Source of the DNA: Nitrospirota bacterium
GTDB taxonomy: Bacteria; Nitrospirota; UBA9217
Length of the DNA: 64,000 nt
NCBI GenBank assembly: GCA_963749655.1
Contig: CAVVOB010000018.1
Location: 179,248 to 243,247, forward strand
Reading direction: 5' to 3'
Made by a program: the position numbers and the translations under genes. Positions within the stretch are counted from its first letter, which is position 1. The number at the start of each line of letters is the position of its first letter. Shown piece after piece: positions 58,262 to 64,000 of this stretch. The notes under the pieces were generated by a model. It did not search any database, was not told the origin of the DNA, and saw only the letters and a list, made by a program, of their open reading frames with translations.

Positions 58262-60021
58262 CTAACCTCCGGCAACGCGTTCAATAAAAAAATCGTTCAA
58301 AACCAACACATCCATCTTCGTGCGCAGGAAGCAATCCAGCGCTTCTCCGGGTGTACAGACAACCGGTTCGTTCTCGTTGAACGACGTGTTGAGCACGGTG
58401 GGTACGCTGGTAATTTTTTCGAAGGCCTTAATTAACCGATAGTATCGCGGGTTCTGCGACTCGGTGACGCTCTGCAGTCGGCCGGATCCGTTCACATGGG
58501 TCACCGCGGGTATCAGCTTCCGTTTCTCCTCACGGATCTGGTAGACCTGCAGCATAAAAGGAACGTCATAATCAGTTTCGAACCATTCCCCCACTGCCTC
58601 CCGGACGATCGAGGGAGCAAAAGGGCGGAACGACTCGCGCCGCTTGATCTTCAGATTCAGAATGTCCTTCATGTCGGCACGGCGAGGATCGCAGACGATC
58701 GAGCGGTTGCCCAGTGCCCGGGGCCCCCACTCCATGCGCCCCTGAAACCAGCCGATCACATTTCCTTCCGCTATCCGGCGGGCCGTCCGGATGCAGAGCT
58801 CCGACTCATCCGTCATCCGGCAGACAGCACATCGTGCCTCGGCCAGTTCCCGCTCCTGTGTTTTAAGCAAGGCGCCGATTTCCTCGTTGCCGAACTCCGG
58901 GCCGTAATAGGCATCCTTCATTACAAAGGACCGACCGTTTCCCTGCACCTGGTTCCAGACATAAAATGCGGCGCCGATAGCCCCTCCGCCGTCGCCCGCC
59001 GCTGACTGAACATAGAGCTCTCTGAACGGGCTCCTGTTGAAGATCTTCCCGTTCGCCACTGAATTCATGGCGCACCCGCCTGCCAGGCAGAGGTTCGGCG
59101 ACCTCGTTTCCTGGTGGACATGATCGAGAAGGTGAAACAAGGCTTCTTCGTACATTTCCTGCAGGGATGCGGCAAGGTTCTTGTGATAATCACTGAGCGG
59201 TTCGCCGGCAGCACGCGGAGGACCAAGCAACTCGATCATCCGGTCCGAAAAAACCCTACCAATGACCGGCTCTCCGTTGTCCCCGGTCATCGACATGCCC
59301 CCGGAATGATGCTGAAAATATTGAAGATCCAGCTCGAATGATCCGCGCGGCTTCAGGCGGACGATCCGGCGCATCTTGTACATCTCGGTAGATGTGCCGT
59401 AAGGGGCCAATCCCATGACCTTGTACTCGTCACCGTAACGGGGAAAACCAAGAAACTGCGTCATGGCAAGGTAGAACAGGCCGAGCGAATGGGGAAAGTA
59501 CACTTCGTCCCCGATCGGATCCGACTGCCGTTTCCTCTGCCCCACATGGTGCTGACAAAATCACCGAAGCCGTCGACCGAAACCACGGCGGCCTCTTCAA
59601 AGGGAGAAACGAAAAAAGAGCTCCCCAGGTGCGCCCGGTGGTGCTCGACATTGTGCAGGGCGGCCTTGATCGTCGCTTTTTCAACCCGGAACTCACCGCA
59701 TAGCAGATTCTTAATATCGGAGATTTTCCCGGTATTGGCCAGGCGGTCCCTGACAAGCGACAAACTGGGTCGCCGGGAAATAGCATACAGTACCTTCTTG
59801 AAAAAGTTCGCACGGGGGTCCCGATTCACAGCAATGTGGTCGACGTCAGCGAGCGTGATTCCTCCCGTCGTCAGGCAATATCGAACCGCCTCGGTCGGCA
59901 GCCCTGACCAGTGTTTGATGCGGCGGAAACGCTCTTCTTCTGCCGCCGCAATCAATTTTCCGTCAGCCAGAATGCAGGCGGATGAATCGCCGTGGAATGC
60001 ATTAAGACCAAGAATGATCAT
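58262..60021 (-). CDS. NodU/CmcH-family carbamoyltransferase (frameshift near 59520)
   Basis: HGDSSA, EEERF.R.KH, EHHRAH, DG.GD; EYKVMGLAPYG, GPRALGNRS, RE.FRPFAPS, NTSFN. Confidence 0.92.
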
Positions 60022-60066
60022 ATCAGACGACCTTACCTCAAAATTGTCTTCTTCAAACTAGTACTT

Positions 60067-62801
60067 TCACGGCGCTATTGGGGCTCCCGAAATGAGGATC
60101 GTCAATTTTATCGATGCGCCGTTTTCGGCCGTTTCGATAGAAAGGACATTGTCCCCAGTCTTAAGAATCGGTGCAACGGGCACGTTGACTTCGGAAAGCA
60201 GCGCGCCGTTCCGGTCGAATACGCGGGCCGGACCGCTACCGAAGAGCTCGACATAATCGCCCGTGTTCAGCGTTACCGGCAACGATACAGTTGCCGCGTT
60301 CAGCGAAATTATCGGCTTTTTCACAAGGATGTTCGATTCAGCCAGCGCTTCCACATTCAGAAGCGAACATTTCACCGCACCGGTCGGTGCACGCATCCAG
60401 CGGATATTCACCGCAACGATCTTGCGATAATTAAATCCGCGCATGGCTGATTTAAGATAATAGTTCGATTGCGTTGGCCGAAACTCCTGCAGCATTCGCT
60501 CGGTATTCGGCTCCGGAATAATGATCGTTCGTTCACCCGAAAAATCAAGAGTGACATAATGGTCACGGTAACTTCTGCTCTCATCCTCTAGCTGGATGTT
60601 CAGGACGGCAGCGGTCTCTTTTAAACCCGGCGGCACCCCTTCGACTTTCAGTTTCACTCCGAGCGCTCGGTGAGTCGAAAGATCGAGCATTTTGCTTATT
60701 CGTATATCGCTTGGCGTGGCGAGAGGCGCACTCATCTCGGATGAAGATGAATTAATCAGATCAATCCTGGCAGCAGAGATCCGGCGCTGAAGGTTTGAGG
60801 CGTAGGCGATGTGAACATCAGAGGGACACGCACCAGCCCCACATTGGACGGATCACCGATTTCCGCGAGTTGTGTAACTGCCTCCAATCGAAATCGCAAG
60901 TTCTGCGGGCCGTATTCATTGCTAAAATGAACCGTTCCAGGAACAGCGGTCCGCTTTACATCATAGTGTGACGGCTTGAAAACGGTTTTTCCGTTGCTTT
61001 TCTCAAGAAACCATTCTCCCGACCGCAATTTCGCGCGCAGGGCGGCATTCATTCCGTAGCCGAGCCGCAGTGTTTCGTATTCCCCAAGCAACCCCAGCAT
61101 CTCCTCGGTCCTTCCGTTCGCCTTGAGCGCAGCAAGTGTGGTCTCCAGCGACACGGGGCTGTCCAGTGCAAACATCCTCGCGGCATAAAATCTGACTTCG
61201 TCGGGTATGGTGGCCGAATGATCCGGCGCGCTCGTTTGGAACCCCCACCACCCGAGTTCTGAGGGCAGAAAGTTCCGGAAATAATATTGCCACCTGTCAG
61301 GGATTTTATAGTAGTCAAGGTACTGTTTCGGCGCAACTGCCGCATAGTCATCGCAGTTTCCGCGCGAAAAAATATGCCACGTCCAGGGCGTAATTCCGGA
61401 TCCTTGCACGAGGAGGTCACGCTTCACCCGATTCCATATGCTCATTTGCTGCTCCCCCCCCCAATACCAACAGGGGCCTGTGATGCAATTCACCTCACCA
61501 CCATCGAAATAAATCATATCGAACCCGCACCGGTTGACCAGCCCTGCAATGCGTTCGGCTATCTCGTCTTTGAGGCGTCCACGCAAATTCGCTACGTACG
61601 AACCGTAGTATTCAGCAAGATGCCGGATTCGGGCTCCCGCAACGTGAGAGGCCGCATTCGTGCCCGCATAGCCGCGTGTGCATCGCAGGAGTCGGGTGGA
61701 ACCGGAGCCACCGACCGCTTCATAGTGGACGATCTCATTATCGATCAGCACGTCGTGCCCCCGCTCAGGAAAGTGCGCCATGCCGCTTCGTGCGACGATT
61801 TCCTGTGTGTTTTCGTCGATGCCTGCAGCCAGTGTCTCCTCCGCATCATGAAGGAGTTGAGAGGGCGATGTCGCGATGATACGGTCATTCTTGCCGACAA
61901 AGCTGGTCATCATGTGCATGCCCACCTTGAGTCCGGCTGCATGACATTTATCGATCGCGACTTTGAGACTTGCCTCGCCGCGCGGAAAATTGATTGTATT
62001 GACCGGATAGGACCCGAGCGTGGTTGACCAGACGTGACTGTAGATCAGGATGTACTTGAAGCCTCCGAGTTTAGCATACCGGATCACTTCATCCGTATTT
62101 GCCTCGGTCAGATCGATGAACAGATAACTGCTGCGCACATCAAGAGATGTTTTTGCCCAGCGGCCGTCTATTCTCGGTAATGGGAGCTTCTGATCATTTT
62201 CTACTTTCTGAACAGTATCCATCAATCGCGGCGTGGGCACTGCAATGAGGGCAGCTTTTTCACCTTCCATACCATACTCTGGGTATGCTGAAACACGAAG
62301 CACACCATTCTGGAACCCTGATTCAATATTGCCGCTCAACCCCATGAGACTGACGGCTAACTTCTCGTCCCACTGGACAGGCAGTAATGTGCCCGCATTC
62401 GGCAGCCCCCCCAACCGGAGTTGGGCAAGCCGGATCTCCTCAACGCCAGCTCCTTTTATGTGGGACAGTTCGATGACCATGTAATCTGGAAATACGTTCA
62501 CGCGATAATCCGCTGATATGCCAGACTCGCCGAACTCGACCTGGAGTACCTCTCCGTTGCGCTGTATGTTCGATGAGGGGAAATACCTTCCCCGCTTCAG
62601 GATCGTGGAAAAAGGCTCCGACCCGACGATGAACTCCCTTCCGGTCTCTTTATCCTGGAGGCTCCTGTTCACTCCGGTGTCGCTGATAACATAACGGACC
62701 GCGGAGGTCTCGTACACAAAATCCTCCGCAGTTGCAATTCCGGCAAATAACATGAGGACTGCAATTACGGCCGCCACTGTAATATTTGCCCGCCTATCCA
62801 T
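60067..62801 (-). CDS. Large secreted hypothetical protein, possible glycoside-hydrolase-like TIM barrel; probably one gene with a frameshift near 60780
   Basis: Signal peptide (ATA-E); LK..ID.CHAAGLKVG.H and GFDMIYFDG motifs; the alternative frame ISAARIDLINSSSSEM runs in frame into the 60067-60735 ORF. Confidence 0.6.
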
Positions 62802-62863
62802 GCAAAGCTCCGTTTCCGTTTTTCTGTGCAACCAACGGTCCGATTTCGTAGCTGTACGCGAAG

Positions 62864-64000
62864 TTAAGGAGTATCTCTTGTCTGCTGGATGGTTTCAGTA
62901 TCCTTCGCTCTCAGCAATCCGTACTGCTTCACCCTGCCGCACATCGCCTGGAGCTCTTCATTTCCCATGTCAACACATTTCTGCAGGACCGCTGTAAAGG
63001 CTTCCGGTCGTTCGAGCGGCAGGTCCCACCCCACTCCCAGGGACTCAAGGTTCCGCCATGGCGTTCTGTCGCTTATGAGGATCGGACATCCTGCAGTCAG
63101 GGCTTCGAAAATGACATGACCGTAGTTTTCGGCGTGGGTCGGGAAAAAAAAGATGTCATGACTCGAAAATACGCCGGCCACGTCATCGTGACTGATCATC
63201 CCCCGGTACTGCACCTGTATACTCGGCGGCAGCGTATCGATGATTGCCTGGCACCTTTTCCAGTAGATGCTGTCTTCGAGTGGACCGTAGATGTTGAATT
63301 TGACCGATCCCCGCAAGCCTTGCAACATAGACAATGCACCATCGAGATTCTTAATGGGTGAAATCCTCGACAGAAATACGGCATTGAGACTGCCGGTTTT
63401 CTTCTCCTGCCGAGGAGCAACCTGCAGCGCAGGATTGGAAATATTCAATGCAACCACCACCGGCGGAGAGGACTCGCTGGCATTTACTGTCAGCGCATCG
63501 GTCTTCTGCCCGTCCCCAGCCTGCGATCTCGTGTGTTGCACGGGCAGAGCAATGTCCAGTACGGTAAGTACCGGCGACGACCTGTCCGGCGCTTCCGAAA
63601 TACTCAAGGCAGCCCTTATATCAGGCACTTCACGGGCGCTCGAAGCGCGCAATACCACGTTCCGGTACAAACCTATGCTCTTTACGACCCACAGATACAG
63701 CTTTTTCTTGAGCGACTTCATCTTAAGACAGCTTGGCGCGAGTTCTCCCCGGGCCACCACGATCGTTGGCCTTCTCACGATAAACCCAGCCCATCGCAGG
63801 AATAATGGGAGGATCGTAAATCCGGGGGAAAAAAAACTGTTGAGATAGAGGATATCGTGCTGTGTTGAATTAATCAGCTGCCGCATAAAAAAAGGATTGA
63901 TCTTTCGCGGAGAGGCATAAAAAACTTCGGCTTTACCGACTTTATGCCAGGTATTCGCTCTGATGCCCGCATACGGGCTGCGGCACCCCGAGATCCCTGT
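62864..64000 (-). CDS. GT4 glycosyltransferase, 5' end beyond the window
   Basis: FLSRISPIKN, ENYGHVIFEAL..GCPIL.SD; the frame stays open upstream of the ORF-track start. Confidence 0.88.
   Translation of the reverse strand, partial: TGISGCRSPYAGIRANTWHKVGKAEVFYASPRKINPFFMRQLINSTQHDILYLNSFFSPGFTILPLFLRWAGFIVRRPTIVVARGELAPSCLKMKSLKKKLYLWVVKSIGLYRNVVLRASSAREVPDIRAALSISEAPDRSSPVLTVLDIALPVQHTRSQAGDGQKTDALTVNASESSPPVVVALNISNPALQVAPRQEKKTGSLNAVFLSRISPIKNLDGALSMLQGLRGSVKFNIYGPLEDSIYWKRCQAIIDTLPPSIQVQYRGMISHDDVAGVFSSHDIFFFPTHAENYGHVIFEALTAGCPILISDRTPWRNLESLGVGWDLPLERPEAFTAVLQKCVDMGNEELQAMCGRVKQYGLLRAKDTETIQQTRDTP

Overview
A GC-rich bacterial chromosome segment. Gene order and style suggest a Nitrospirota- or Desulfobacterota-like anaerobe (inference). 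From left to right: the end of hslU, argB, and an IS4 element with a 9-bp target duplication. Next is an extracellular-electron-transfer island: porin + pentaheme + 14-heme operon, a GspC-like gene, an OmcA/MtrC-family decaheme lipoprotein behind sigma-54 motifs, and a CxxCH-bearing sensor kinase with an NtrC-type regulator. Then come an MscS-cNMP channel, tig-clpP-clpX-engB, seven tRNA genes, peptide ABC permeases, mltG, ubiB-like, alaS-recX-pilT-recA-thpR-cinA, a STAS/HATPase pair split by an IS30-disrupted ORF6N gene, pgpA, an orphan GroES with a histone-like tail, and a long surface-polysaccharide locus. Many genes carry 1-bp frameshifts, probably assembly errors. The most unusual signal is a shared ~85-nt structured element downstream of two different tRNA-Arg genes. 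Each copy is bracketed by a duplicate of its own host tRNA's 3' end and a short antisense segment specific to that tRNA. The second is a set of heptamer inverted-repeat arrays that occur either empty or enclosing a four-helix-bundle gene. All family calls come from motif recognition by eye; no searches were run.
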